A stretch of DNA of 64,000 bases from Candidatus Altiarchaeota archaeon. Lineage in GTDB: Archaea > Altiarchaeota > Altiarchaeia > IMC4 > SCGC-AAA252-I15. Shown piece after piece: positions 10,168-19,780 of this stretch. The notes beneath the pieces were generated by a model. It was not told the origin of the DNA. It worked only from the letters and a program-made list of their open reading frames with translations, and did no database searches. How positions within the stretch are numbered: position 1 is the stretch's first letter; every line of letters starts with the position of its first letter. Location of the stretch: positions 96,001 through 160,000 of the forward strand of contig JAZDNF010000001.1 of NCBI GenBank assembly GCA_043800255.1. The letters are read 5' to 3'. Both the position numbers and the translations under genes were made by a program.

Positions 10168-10210
10168 GTTAGCCAAAACAGAACGGCTAACACCTTTTTT
10201 TATTTTTTTT
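10168..10210 (+). terminator. Hairpin plus long T tract downstream of the solitary pilin
   Basis: GTTAGCC-N10-GGCTAAC stem followed by TTTTTTTATTTTTTTT. Confidence 0.65.
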
Positions 10211-10217
10211 ATCTGTC

Positions 10218-11270
10218 CTATCTTACCCCATAACTGGAGAAGGCCAGAATGCTGCGTATAACAGCCTCTACTATCATAAGAACGAGAAGCACCCTAAGCG
10301 CGGCCTTTACGACCTCTGACTTTTTTCCCAAATTCTCAAACGCATAGCTTATTGGAACACATAAGCTCCCAGCAGCAAACGCGAGGAGCCTGATGTTGTA
10401 ATCCTGGTTGGTGAAGAATGGTATGAACGTCAGGATATGGGGCAGAAAGACCCAGGACATGAGGAGCGCGGATTCGTTGTTATTCTTCAGGAAGGCTGGA
10501 ATGCCAGATGCTGCGAGTAGGACCGTTAACGGCCCGGCAATGACAAGATAATACAGGATACCTGGGACGTTTTTCGCATTTGCAGCTGACAATCCCGCCT
10601 GTAAGTCTATGCTATTTCCCCTCAAAGAATTTGTCACGTAGGGTGCGTATAGCATAAGTGATGCAAGCGTCACAATAGCAAAGGCAGATAAGGTGAATCT
10701 ATCTGCCCGTCTGCTTCTGACGATGGAATAGAGCAGTAGGGACAGCATAAAAAGGCTTATGTACATGCCGGAAGTCCTGTGTGCGATGACAACCGGAACC
10801 AGAATCAGCGGCGTGATAATGCTCCTCCTGGAAGTCTCAAGAGCAACAAACGTGTTAACCGTCAGTATGCCCAACAGGAGAGAGTATCCGCCCCATGTGA
10901 GAACCTCGGCAATGTCAAGGGGGCTGAAAACGTACAGCAGGGTTGTAATCATAGGATTGACTTTCAGCTTTTCTGAAATCACCCATAGCGGTATGACGTT
11001 CAAGGCCCCTATCAGGCAGCCTCCCACTATGGTCCCCGTCAGGTCATCCAGCCCGAGGAGCCTTCCCAACAGCATCACGGGCGCGAGTATGATGCTGACC
11101 AGGGCCTTGGGTTTGCCCTCCAGCAGGCTGTAGCTGTGCTGCAGGTAATTGCATTGGTCGCAGTTCCCGTCCGCACCACCAACTGGCGTGTACAATGTGG
11201 CGAGGAATACCCTGACCGCAAGGGCGAATAAGAACATCAGCGCAACCTGTTTTCTCCTTGAGAGTTTCAT
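10218..11270 (-). CDS. Multi-pass membrane protein, probable GT-C fold glycosyltransferase
   Basis: About 10 TM segments; acidic first loop GADGNCDQCNY; late R-LLAF motif; translationally coupled to the GT22 gene. Confidence 0.5.
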   Translation of the reverse strand: MKLSRRKQVALMFLFALAVRVFLATLYTPVGGADGNCDQCNYLQHSYSLLEGKPKALVSIILAPVMLLGRLLGLDDLTGTIVGGCLIGALNVIPLWVISEKLKVNPMITTLLYVFSPLDIAEVLTWGGYSLLLGILTVNTFVALETSRRSIITPLILVPVVIAHRTSGMYISLFMLSLLLYSIVRSRRADRFTLSAFAIVTLASLMLYAPYVTNSLRGNSIDLQAGLSAANAKNVPGILYYLVIAGPLTVLLAASGIPAFLKNNNESALLMSWVFLPHILTFIPFFTNQDYNIRLLAFAAGSLCVPISYAFENLGKKSEVVKAALRVLLVLMIVEAVIRSILAFSSYGVR

Positions 11271-12718
11271 CTTTTGTATACTGTCACATTCCCGCAGGAT
11301 TTCACGCTACGGTACCCTGCATCCTCCAGGAAATCATTCACTGATCCATTGGGGCTGGTTATTATGACATAGTTTATGTCATGGTCCGTGATTTCGTCCA
11401 AGCCTATCGTGTTAAAGCCGCTGTGAGGGATCACATACCTGTCGTTGAGCTGCGGGCTGGATACGAACTCCAAATCTACTATGTGATAGGATGGAATGTC
11501 TCTGTGAAAGTATGTGTACACTCCTGAAAGGTACCAGTGGATCGAGTATGCCAGCGCTTTTGCGTCATCCTGCTGTCCAACATACCTGACAGCCTGGAAA
11601 TTATCCTCAAAGGGTGTCCACCCCCCACCCCACTGTCCTGGGAGTTCAAAGAATATGAGCAGCTGCGCGCCAAGGACGATGAAGATGAACGAAAGGAACA
11701 TGTATTTTACGACAATATTCTGCTGGTAGCTTGGCCTGGACTGTTCTATCATCCTGTCCAAACCCCTGGCGGAGAGTATGAAAAAAAGCGGCAGCGCGGA
11801 GAACATGAACCGCATCTCCTTGTGGGGGATGAGCGAGAAGACGGTAAAATAAAGCAGGAAAGTCCCCCATAGCAGGCCTGCTGTCCTCTTCCTTTCAAAA
11901 GACCATGGCAGGAAGAACATGATGGGCACGTGCAGCAGGAGGGGCAGCAGGTAGTAGACTGGCGGCTCGGTACCGAATATGCTCGATTTTTTCTCAACCA
12001 GGTTTGCCATGAAAAAGGCGACAGGAGAGTGCAGGAACGAACCCCATGTTGCGAGGTCGATGAGGCCCTGGAATAGCAGAACGATCGCAAAGCCCGCGGA
12101 AAAATATCTCAGAATCTGGAATTTCCTGACAATCAGGAGATACGCTGCCAACGGCATGAGATACACCGCCGAGTTGAACTTGAGCATGAACGCAATCCCG
12201 AAGAGAATGCCGGAGAATATCGCATCATGTTTCCTGCCTTTCAGCGAGCCAAGCAGGAAGTACAATCCTCCAGTCACCGCTAATGCTGCTGGAACCTCCG
12301 GCATTATCCTGGCGCTCCAAAGGTAGAGCAATCCTGATGCTGCTGTGAAGAAGCCTGCAAGCAATCCAGTCCTCCTGTTATAGGCAGCGTCAGCCAGCCT
12401 GTAGACCGCGTATACCAGCAGGATGGATACTACCATCATAAGCGCCCGTACGGCGAAGACAAGCTTTAGGATGTCGCTGACTCCTGTCAGCAGGCCAGCC
12501 TTGAATATGGTGTAGATTATGCCTGGGAAGAACCATGACCTTATGCCGTCAACGTACTCCCACGGCATAAGTCCGTAGCCGAAAATCTTGATGTGGACCG
12601 GCTCAAGGTACTGGTAGATGCTGTCAGGGTGTATCATGCCGCCGGTCATGTTCAAGGCATACAACCTGGATATTACGGTGAAAGCCATCAGCAGCAGAAG
12701 CCAACTCCTGAAGGACAT
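11267..12718 (-). CDS. GT22 family (PIG-B/Alg9-like) mannosyltransferase-like protein
   Basis: HPDSIYQYLEPVH...PWEY..GIRSW and PHKEMRF motifs characteristic of GT22. Confidence 0.85.
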   Translation of the reverse strand: MSFRSWLLLLMAFTVISRLYALNMTGGMIHPDSIYQYLEPVHIKIFGYGLMPWEYVDGIRSWFFPGIIYTIFKAGLLTGVSDILKLVFAVRALMMVVSILLVYAVYRLADAAYNRRTGLLAGFFTAASGLLYLWSARIMPEVPAALAVTGGLYFLLGSLKGRKHDAIFSGILFGIAFMLKFNSAVYLMPLAAYLLIVRKFQILRYFSAGFAIVLLFQGLIDLATWGSFLHSPVAFFMANLVEKKSSIFGTEPPVYYLLPLLLHVPIMFFLPWSFERKRTAGLLWGTFLLYFTVFSLIPHKEMRFMFSALPLFFILSARGLDRMIEQSRPSYQQNIVVKYMFLSFIFIVLGAQLLIFFELPGQWGGGWTPFEDNFQAVRYVGQQDDAKALAYSIHWYLSGVYTYFHRDIPSYHIVDLEFVSSPQLNDRYVIPHSGFNTIGLDEITDHDINYVIITSPNGSVNDFLEDAGYRSVKSCGNVTVYKR

Positions 12719-12750
12719 AAACTATACTGTGACGGCATCTAAAAATAGGC

Positions 12751-13698
12751 CTAATGCCGGAGCACCGTTATCCTCCTGGTGAGGCTCTTGTGGACTCTGA
12801 GAGAGTAGGATTCCAGGACAGTGTGGCCTGCCAGCGGCAGCTCATAGTCTTCTGGCGACATCAATACGATGCAGCCTCCGTCAGTTACCAGATTTTTTGC
12901 GTTCTCAAGGAAACATGTGTAGAGTTCCTTCAGCTGTTTGGAGGAGTAGGAGGACCTGCCGTAGGGCATGTCAGTGACGACGGCATCTGCATCCGCCTTT
13001 CCCCTGAGAGCATCCTCCTGTTCGACTCTCCCCCTGAGACCGTAATGTTTGAGGTTCATTTTCGTGCCGTCAACAAGCTCCTTTCTGATGTCCCAGCCGA
13101 TGACGTTCAAGCCTATCAGCCCGGCTTCTATGAGAATCCCACCGGTGCCGCAGAATGGGTCCAGCATAGTGTCCCCCTCCCTGACTCTGGCAAGGTTGAC
13201 GAGGACTCTCGCCAGCTTCGGGTGCAGTGAAGTCGGATGAAAGTATGGCCTCAGCTGCGGTTTCCTGCCCTCAAAATCCCTCCAATTCGAGAACATGACT
13301 CCGCCATAATACTCTCCTGCTATCTGATGGCATGCGACCCTGACGTCAGGTCTCTTAAGGTCTACCTTGAGGCCCATGTTATGCAGGAGTCCTCCGAGTT
13401 CGCTCTCAACCTTTTTGGACTCTGAAACAACCCTGAAGGTGTCGCAGTCTGAGATGTGGTCGAAGATTGTTCCAGCCAACAGTCCGACTTTCTTGGAAAC
13501 GCCCAGTATATCATCGGCCTCCAGAGTCAGGGCAAGCCTCCTCACAAACGAGTTCTCCTCAGTCTGAACTTCAAAGAGGCGGAACCTGTCCTGTGCAAGG
13601 ACCTTTTCATGCTTGAGTCTCTCGCCTTCGAATACTGCTTCCAACTCCGCATCAGGGAGGCTCTCATGCTCTTTGGAAAAACGAAAAAGCAGTCTCAT
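12751..13698 (-). CDS. trm11: tRNA (guanine(10)-N2)-methyltransferase Trm11/TrmG10
   Basis: THUMP-like N-terminus, RPYFHPTSLHPKLAR, LDPFCGTGG, TDMPYG. Confidence 0.9.
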   Translation of the reverse strand: MRLLFRFSKEHESLPDAELEAVFEGERLKHEKVLAQDRFRLFEVQTEENSFVRRLALTLEADDILGVSKKVGLLAGTIFDHISDCDTFRVVSESKKVESELGGLLHNMGLKVDLKRPDVRVACHQIAGEYYGGVMFSNWRDFEGRKPQLRPYFHPTSLHPKLARVLVNLARVREGDTMLDPFCGTGGILIEAGLIGLNVIGWDIRKELVDGTKMNLKHYGLRGRVEQEDALRGKADADAVVTDMPYGRSSYSSKQLKELYTCFLENAKNLVTDGGCIVLMSPEDYELPLAGHTVLESYSLRVHKSLTRRITVLRH

Positions 13699-13741
13699 GA
13701 CAGTAGATTATATAACCTGGCATCCAAAATATATGACATCC

Positions 13742-15112
13742 ATGTTGTCAGACGACATTAAAGTAAAAATCGGCCTTGAAGTCCACGTCCCCCTGAACAC
13801 AGAGCAGAAGCTGTTCTGCCACTGTCCTACCAACTACTATGAGGTGGGAGAGGCCAACATAAACACTTGTCCGGTCTGCACAGGCATGCCTGGGGCGAAA
13901 CCCTACCCTCTGAACGAAAAGGCCATAGAGAGCGCCATAATGGTCGCTGAACTCCTGAATTGTAACATAGTATACGACAATATTTTCGTCAAGAGGAAGC
14001 ACTACGACTACCCTGACCTGCCGTCAGGATACCAGAGGACTTCAGAGCCCATCGGCAGGGACGGAAAGATTTCAGGCGTAGGCATATGGGAGGTTCACAT
14101 GGAGGAGGATCCAGGACGGTACGACCTTGCGACAGGCAGGGTCGACTACAACAGAAGCGGAGTGCCCCTGATAGAGGTAGTGACCGCCCCAGACATGAAG
14201 ACTCCCGAGGACGTCAGGAACTTCCTCAAGGAGCTCACGAACCTCCTGAAATACACCAACAGGATAATAGACGTCGGCGGGGTGATGAGAGCCGACGTCA
14301 ACATAAGCATCGAAGGCGGCGCGAGGGTGGAGATAAAGAACATCAACTCCGTCAGGGGAGCCTACAAGGCCCTGAAGTTCGAGATACTCCGGCAGAAGGG
14401 CATGATGAAACGCGGAGTGAAGGTAATCCAGGAGACCAGAGGCTTCGACGAGAAGTCCATGATAACCGTCGCCCAACGGGTCAAGGAGACTGCGGCAGAC
14501 TACCGGTACATCCCAGACCCCGACATACCCCCGCAGCAGTTTGATGAGCAGTTTGTGAGAAAAATCGAGCTGCCTGAGACTCCGCAGACAAGAAAGAAGC
14601 GGCTTCTGGAAAAATACGGCATAGCCCAGCAGTACGCTGACACCCTCGTCAGGGACAAGGACGTCGCAGACCTCTACGAGGCTGCCGCCTCGAAGGCTGA
14701 CCCCAAGTCAGCTGCAATGTGGGTGTGCAGGGAGGTCCTGGGGCAGCTTAACTACCGTGGGATAGAGCTGTCAGAGTCCAAGCTGACCGCTGACATGCTG
14801 GTTGAGATAATCCAGATGGTCAGCTCAGGTCAGATAACGGAGACTGTGGGGAAGAAGCTCCTCGAGAAGGTCATAGACTCGGGGAAGAGCCCGGAGGAGG
14901 TTGTCAAGAAGGAGAGTCTGGGCACCGTCTCAGGGGAGAGCCAGCTCTCTGAGGCTGCCGAGTCAGTGATAACGGAGAATCAGCAGGCTGTATCCGACTA
15001 TAAGGCCGGCAAGGCAGAGTCGTTGAATTTCCTCATGGGTCAGGTGATGAAGAAAATGCGGGGGAGGGCTGAGCCTTCAGCGGTCATGAAAATCCTGAAG
15101 GACAGGATATAA
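13742..15112 (+). CDS. gatB: Asp-tRNA(Asn)/Glu-tRNA(Gln) amidotransferase subunit B
   Basis: IGLEVH, KLFC, CPVCTGMPG, YDYPDLP, HMEEDPG, DYNRSGVPLIE, DYRYIPDPD; start may be 13733 or 13742. Confidence 0.96.
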   Translation: MLSDDIKVKIGLEVHVPLNTEQKLFCHCPTNYYEVGEANINTCPVCTGMPGAKPYPLNEKAIESAIMVAELLNCNIVYDNIFVKRKHYDYPDLPSGYQRTSEPIGRDGKISGVGIWEVHMEEDPGRYDLATGRVDYNRSGVPLIEVVTAPDMKTPEDVRNFLKELTNLLKYTNRIIDVGGVMRADVNISIEGGARVEIKNINSVRGAYKALKFEILRQKGMMKRGVKVIQETRGFDEKSMITVAQRVKETAADYRYIPDPDIPPQQFDEQFVRKIELPETPQTRKKRLLEKYGIAQQYADTLVRDKDVADLYEAAASKADPKSAAMWVCREVLGQLNYRGIELSESKLTADMLVEIIQMVSSGQITETVGKKLLEKVIDSGKSPEEVVKKESLGTVSGESQLSEAAESVITENQQAVSDYKAGKAESLNFLMGQVMKKMRGRAEPSAVMKILKDRI

Positions 15113-16113
15113 TGTCGCAGGATCCTGTAGAAAAGCTGGAGGAACTCGAATGCAGGGCGTTCGGAAAAATCAGGCAACTTGAGTCTCTTCTGTCCTATGT
15201 GCTTAAGTCAATAGCCTATAACAGCCTGTTCATGCTCTACCTGCTCTTCGCAGGCTACATCATACTAACCCTCACATCCCCTCTACTGATCGGTTCGGAT
15301 GACATTAGGCTGAGAGGTGTCGGGATAATCCCCTACCTTCTTATCTCAACGTTTAGGATGTGCCATCAGCTGCCGCAGAGGACTCTGATGTTCTATGGCA
15401 TCCCGCAGCCGATGTGCGCGAGGGATGCGGGAATATACCTGGGCCTGGTCTCAGGGTTCCTAATCCCGCTCCTGTCGAAAAAAAACGAAAGGTTTTTCGA
15501 TTCGGTGAAAGTCCTGCTGTTGCTGACGGTTCCAATAGCGTTGGACGGCGTATCCCAGTCCATACTGGTTGAGAGGGAGAGCGATAACATCCTGAGGTTT
15601 ATCACAGGCTTGTTGTTCGGCGTTGGAGTGTCAGCATATTCTGCAGCAAAAATCATCCGATTCTATCCTGACTTCAAGGCAAACGTCATGAGACTCGAAC
15701 ACCTGGCTGGGACAATCGCTGGAGCGCTCATCGTCTGGTACCTCATCCTAGGCTCCGTATCGCCGGAGCTTGGAAGAACTTACCTGTCAAAAAGCGAGGC
15801 AGTCAATGCCGTATTGTCCGAGCCTTCCGGCAATGTCAGAGTCTACTATGTGCCGCCCCTGTCGCCGTACAGCATCCAACATGACCCCTTTCTGAAAGGG
15901 TATGATGATCCGATACTGTCAGACCTTATGGAATTGAATCTCACGCTCGGCACAGCCTTTGAACGCCTTGACGGAGTCTACGGCATATGGGTCGTGGTAA
16001 TCCCAAACCAGACCGGGAATCCAGAAGGCAAAACAGCCTACGCATCTCCCAGCGGGATGTACTATTATGTTGACCCTTCCAACACGAGCATAATCCTAAA
16101 CAGAACCCACTAA
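15112..16113 (+). CDS. DUF2085-like membrane protein
   Basis: CHQLPQRT, CARDAGIYLG, PIALDG, LRFITG. Confidence 0.8.
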   Translation: MSQDPVEKLEELECRAFGKIRQLESLLSYVLKSIAYNSLFMLYLLFAGYIILTLTSPLLIGSDDIRLRGVGIIPYLLISTFRMCHQLPQRTLMFYGIPQPMCARDAGIYLGLVSGFLIPLLSKKNERFFDSVKVLLLLTVPIALDGVSQSILVERESDNILRFITGLLFGVGVSAYSAAKIIRFYPDFKANVMRLEHLAGTIAGALIVWYLILGSVSPELGRTYLSKSEAVNAVLSEPSGNVRVYYVPPLSPYSIQHDPFLKGYDDPILSDLMELNLTLGTAFERLDGVYGIWVVVIPNQTGNPEGKTAYASPSGMYYYVDPSNTSIILNRTH

Positions 16114-16147
16114 TCATTTTATTAACCCAATTGTAATTGATTACAAC

Positions 16148-16699
16148 ATGCCAGAGGTCACTGACTTTTTCGAGGGGGACAAGCCTAATCCCTACCAGAA
16201 GTATTCTGAAAAGTATGGTGCAATACGCATAAATCTGGTGAAGCTCATACTCGGGTTCCTCCTGGCTCTTGGCGTGACGGTGACCCTCGTCGGCCTGTTG
16301 TCCTTTCTCAAGACATGGGAGCTCATCCTTAACATATTCGGAGTGCCTGTCAGCCTCCTGAACCTGAAAAGCGGCGGCAATCTGCTCAAAACAGCCGTCG
16401 AATCGTTCGGCTCTCTCGTAATCGGCTACATCACAGTCAACCTGTCATGGTCTGTTCTCAAGGCTGAGATGTCGTCTGTCAAAGCTGAGGAGGTTCCAAG
16501 CATCTGGGAGCATCTATCCCGCATAGTTGTCATAATCATAGTGGCGTTAGGCGTTGAAGCGTTCAGCATCCTCGCTGATGTTGAGGGCTCCGACGCCGGC
16601 CTGACGTGGGAATTCGGCGCCGCTGTTCTGGGCATAGCAGCGCTTCTCGCAGCTCTCGGTTACTACATAAAATCCCTGAAAAAATCCCAAACAGAGTGA
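16148..16699 (+). CDS. Hypothetical 4-TM membrane protein
   Basis: 183 aa ORF with four hydrophobic segments. Confidence 0.65.
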   Translation: MPEVTDFFEGDKPNPYQKYSEKYGAIRINLVKLILGFLLALGVTVTLVGLLSFLKTWELILNIFGVPVSLLNLKSGGNLLKTAVESFGSLVIGYITVNLSWSVLKAEMSSVKAEEVPSIWEHLSRIVVIIIVALGVEAFSILADVEGSDAGLTWEFGAAVLGIAALLAALGYYIKSLKKSQTE

Positions 16700-16714
16700 C
16701 TCTAGAATAAGCGT

Positions 16715-17686
16715 CTAATCCCTGCTGATGCCCTTCTTCTCCAGAGTGTCTCTGACAGGCTTCAGGACATCTATCAGTGAGGAGGCGACCGCGTTCTTCA
16801 GGTCCATCGGGTGAAGTCTTTTATCAAGGTAATCCCTCTCGACTTCTTCGTACTTGTCATATGAGACGTCGCCTCCGAACTTCTCAGGCCTGCTCACTCC
16901 AAATTTGCCGGTTCTGGGCATTACCACCAGCCTGCAGATGTCCAGAATCGGGTTCACGCCCTCCTCTATCGGACAGTAGGCGCCCTTTATCTTGTTTGTT
17001 ATCTCCTCCGGAGTGTCGTCCACTGCTATCATCGTCTCAGGCTTGCTTGATGACATCTTCGTCTCAGGGCCCTTTATCGAGCATATGAGCGGCGTGTGAA
17101 TGCAGATCGGCTTTCCGAACCCTATGTCAGGCAGTATCTCCCTGGCTAGCATGTGTATCTTCCTCTGCTCCATCCCGCCGTATGCTATGTCGGCGTCCAA
17201 TGCCCTGATGTCCGCAATCTGCATCAGAGGGTAGATGACCTGCGACACTCTCGCATTCTCTATGTCCCTAGCTATCTCCTGCATGCTCCTCAACGCCCTG
17301 TTCAATGTCGAATTCAAACCCAGTTCGAGGACGCTCTTGAAGTATCCTCCATCAAGCTGGAAGTCGCTGCCTCTGACGTATTCTGCATTCTTCAGGCCGA
17401 GGGCCTCGAAACAAGCCTTCCAGTATTCCGCCATCTTCTCAATCCACTCTAATTCGCCTTTCATGTTCAACAGCGTGTGCAAGTCTGCGAGCAGAACCTT
17501 GACCTTAAGCCCAGCGTTGAGGAAGTCCAGCTGCTTGTTTATTGTCACCATGGTGCCGATGTGCACAGGCCCCGATACCTCATATCCGCAGTATGCGACA
17601 GGGCTCTTCTTCTGTTCGATCAGATTATTCAGCTCCTCATCTGTCACTATCTCAGCAGTGTTCCGCTTCAGAAGGTCCAGGTTCAT
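16715..17686 (-). CDS. tyrS: Tyrosine--tRNA ligase (archaeal)
   Basis: AYCGYEVSGPVHIG, IYPLMQIAD, GGMEQRKIH, KMSSS, LHPMDLK. Confidence 0.97.
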   Translation of the reverse strand: MNLDLLKRNTAEIVTDEELNNLIEQKKSPVAYCGYEVSGPVHIGTMVTINKQLDFLNAGLKVKVLLADLHTLLNMKGELEWIEKMAEYWKACFEALGLKNAEYVRGSDFQLDGGYFKSVLELGLNSTLNRALRSMQEIARDIENARVSQVIYPLMQIADIRALDADIAYGGMEQRKIHMLAREILPDIGFGKPICIHTPLICSIKGPETKMSSSKPETMIAVDDTPEEITNKIKGAYCPIEEGVNPILDICRLVVMPRTGKFGVSRPEKFGGDVSYDKYEEVERDYLDKRLHPMDLKNAVASSLIDVLKPVRDTLEKKGISRD

Positions 17687-17690
17687 GGCA

Positions 17691-17933
17691 TTATTTTAGC
17701 GATTCGAGGTCGCTTATTATGTCCCAGAGCAGCGTCTTGGCGTGCATCGGAATGTTCACGTCGTTTGCGATGTCATCCAACTCGTATATGGCCGAAGTCA
17801 CTCTAATAGCAAGCTCCGGCTTTTCGGCCGTTAATTCTTCCTTGACTTTGGAGAGCGCCTCCTTAACCCTTTTTGGGATTCCCTTGCTGTTCAGGGTCTC
17901 GTCAATGCCGCTGATAGCATCCTCTAGGTCCAT
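17691..17933 (-). CDS. UPF0147 family protein
   Basis: IPKRVK...AIYELDDIANDVNIPMHAKTLLWDIISDLE. Confidence 0.88.
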   Translation of the reverse strand: MDLEDAISGIDETLNSKGIPKRVKEALSKVKEELTAEKPELAIRVTSAIYELDDIANDVNIPMHAKTLLWDIISDLESLK

Positions 17934-17989
17934 CTTAGAATGTTGTGAAACTATAATTATTCGTGTTATTATTAAAATAAATGTTGGGA

Positions 17990-18505
17990 TTAGTCGATTA
18001 ATGAGTCTATGTAGTTGCCAAGCTCTCTCGTCCTCCTGATCTGCGGGTGGTCTGGGCCTAACTTTTTCATCATATCCTCCAGAGTCTCCTCCAGCGTAAT
18101 CACTTTGGAACAGTCAACTAGGTTGTCTGCGTGCGCTATCACCTTCTCTTCCAAAGTCTCTGGCATATAGTCCTTCGCCGGGAGCCCTAACCTCAGGGCC
18201 TCTTCTGCCTTCAGTCCGGCCCCGATATGCCTCTCGCAGACTCTCGCATACTTCGGATAGTCTTTCAGGATGTCGGCTCCAGCAATCCCGTGGTCTATTC
18301 CGTGTGTCCTGCTCCTGCCTATGTCATGCAGGAGCCCCGCGACTTTCACGAATTCCGTGTCTATGCTGGTGCCGTTGGCTTCTATCCTCTTGGCGATGTC
18401 ATGGGCTAACTCTGAGACAGCCGTGCAGTGTTCTAACACTTGCTTGTCGCATCCGTTGTCCCTCAGAAGAATCCGGGCTTTTCTATAGTCCAGCGTCCCG
18501 CCCAT
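17990..18505 (-). CDS. HDIG-domain metal-dependent phosphohydrolase
   Basis: LLHDIGRS..HG, CERHIGAG, PETLEEKVIAHADN. Confidence 0.9.
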   Translation of the reverse strand: MGGTLDYRKARILLRDNGCDKQVLEHCTAVSELAHDIAKRIEANGTSIDTEFVKVAGLLHDIGRSRTHGIDHGIAGADILKDYPKYARVCERHIGAGLKAEEALRLGLPAKDYMPETLEEKVIAHADNLVDCSKVITLEETLEDMMKKLGPDHPQIRRTRELGNYIDSLID

Positions 18506-18506
18506 A

Positions 18507-19001
18507 TCAGGCTTCCTCTAACCTGCTGCTTATGTCGGCAATCTCTCTTACGATTTTGTCTATCCTGCTCTTGCTCTTGGACTGCGTGAAGTTTTCGCCG
18601 CAGTTCTGGCACACGAAGTTCGTGTCCATCGCAATCTCAAACGGCACCTGACCGCATGCGCAGTCGAATATCATGGCCTGCTTTTCCAATTCCAGCTGGT
18701 CGTTCAGAATCTTGAGCTTATCGTTCATTATCCCCCTGATGTAATCGTCTATCTTGTCGTCACGCCTCTTCCAGAGGTAAGTGTACCATCCAGTCTTCTT
18801 GTTCTTCGACCTCGCATACTCCACAAGGCTCTTCTCATGCAGTTCGTTCAGGAGGGTTCTAACGACTGTGGCCTTGACCTTCAGTGAAGTGGCGATATCC
18901 TCGTCATAACTGGGCTTTTTCAGCCTTTTTATTATGCTAACGTGGTTTTCGCTCAGGTTTTCAGTTAGAATTTCTCTGATAACGTCGTTCTTCAACCCCA
19001 T
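18507..19001 (-). CDS. tfe: Transcription factor E (TFE alpha)
   Basis: DEDIA..VRTLLNELHEKSLV, TGWYTYLW, Zn ribbon with FVCQNCG. Confidence 0.93.
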   Translation of the reverse strand: MGLKNDVIREILTENLSENHVSIIKRLKKPSYDEDIATSLKVKATVVRTLLNELHEKSLVEYARSKNKKTGWYTYLWKRRDDKIDDYIRGIMNDKLKILNDQLELEKQAMIFDCACGQVPFEIAMDTNFVCQNCGENFTQSKSKSRIDKIVREIADISSRLEEA

Positions 19002-19051
19002 GTTGTATTAAAACGCAATACTAGCTTAAATACCCCTCTCCCCTTTCCAGT

Positions 19052-19759
19052 TCAGATTAGCATCGGGCAGCCGGTCTGCGGGTCCGGCTCTCCTGATGCA
19101 TACGCGTTCGGGTTCCAGCTCACATTCATCTTGGCATCAAAGAGCTGGGCGCCAAGCGGGATAACGAGATATGCCACCTTCTCGTCGTATGTGTTGTTCA
19201 ATTCTATGATTTGTCTCTGAGCTGGTGTCCCGCCGTACTCGAGTTCCTGTATGGAACCTGTCAGATTCTGGACTAGAACTGCTCTGGCAGCCCAGCCGCT
19301 TACTGGCCTATCATCCTCGAACCCCGATATGAAGCGGACTGCTCTGGTCTTGTCCTTTGCTTCCCCTGAATCAGGCCTTTTCGAGTCTGGGTCAAGCTCT
19401 GAGCTATAAACCCTGTCACCTCCAATCTCAAGCGTGTAACCTGCACTTGGGGGGAGTATCGCGTCAAGCTCTCTTTTCGTAATGTTCGTAGCTTCCTTGT
19501 AGTATCCTTCACCCTGCTGTAGCTCGGTCGTGCTTGAAAAATTCCCTTCAGCCCATAGTCTGCCTATCTTTTCCAGAACGCCTCTCTTGCTCAGGACTTC
19601 GATAGCGTCTTCTGATTTTAAATGGGCTTGTCCGAATCCCACACCTTTGCTCTCAATGTTCCCGCTCATCCCAGGAAGAAAAAGAAAACTGACGAAAACA
19701 AGTAATACGAGAGTAACGGCTATCATCACGTCCCACGTCAGAACGAATCCCTTTCGCAT
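19052..19759 (-). CDS. Class III signal-peptide (type IV pilin-like) protein
   Basis: N-terminus MRKG/FVLTWDVMIAVTLVLLVF: basic residue, KG-F cleavage site, then a hydrophobic helix. Confidence 0.65.
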   Translation of the reverse strand: MRKGFVLTWDVMIAVTLVLLVFVSFLFLPGMSGNIESKGVGFGQAHLKSEDAIEVLSKRGVLEKIGRLWAEGNFSSTTELQQGEGYYKEATNITKRELDAILPPSAGYTLEIGGDRVYSSELDPDSKRPDSGEAKDKTRAVRFISGFEDDRPVSGWAARAVLVQNLTGSIQELEYGGTPAQRQIIELNNTYDEKVAYLVIPLGAQLFDAKMNVSWNPNAYASGEPDPQTGCPMLI

Positions 19760-19780
19760 GTTAATATATTCTATTATGTT

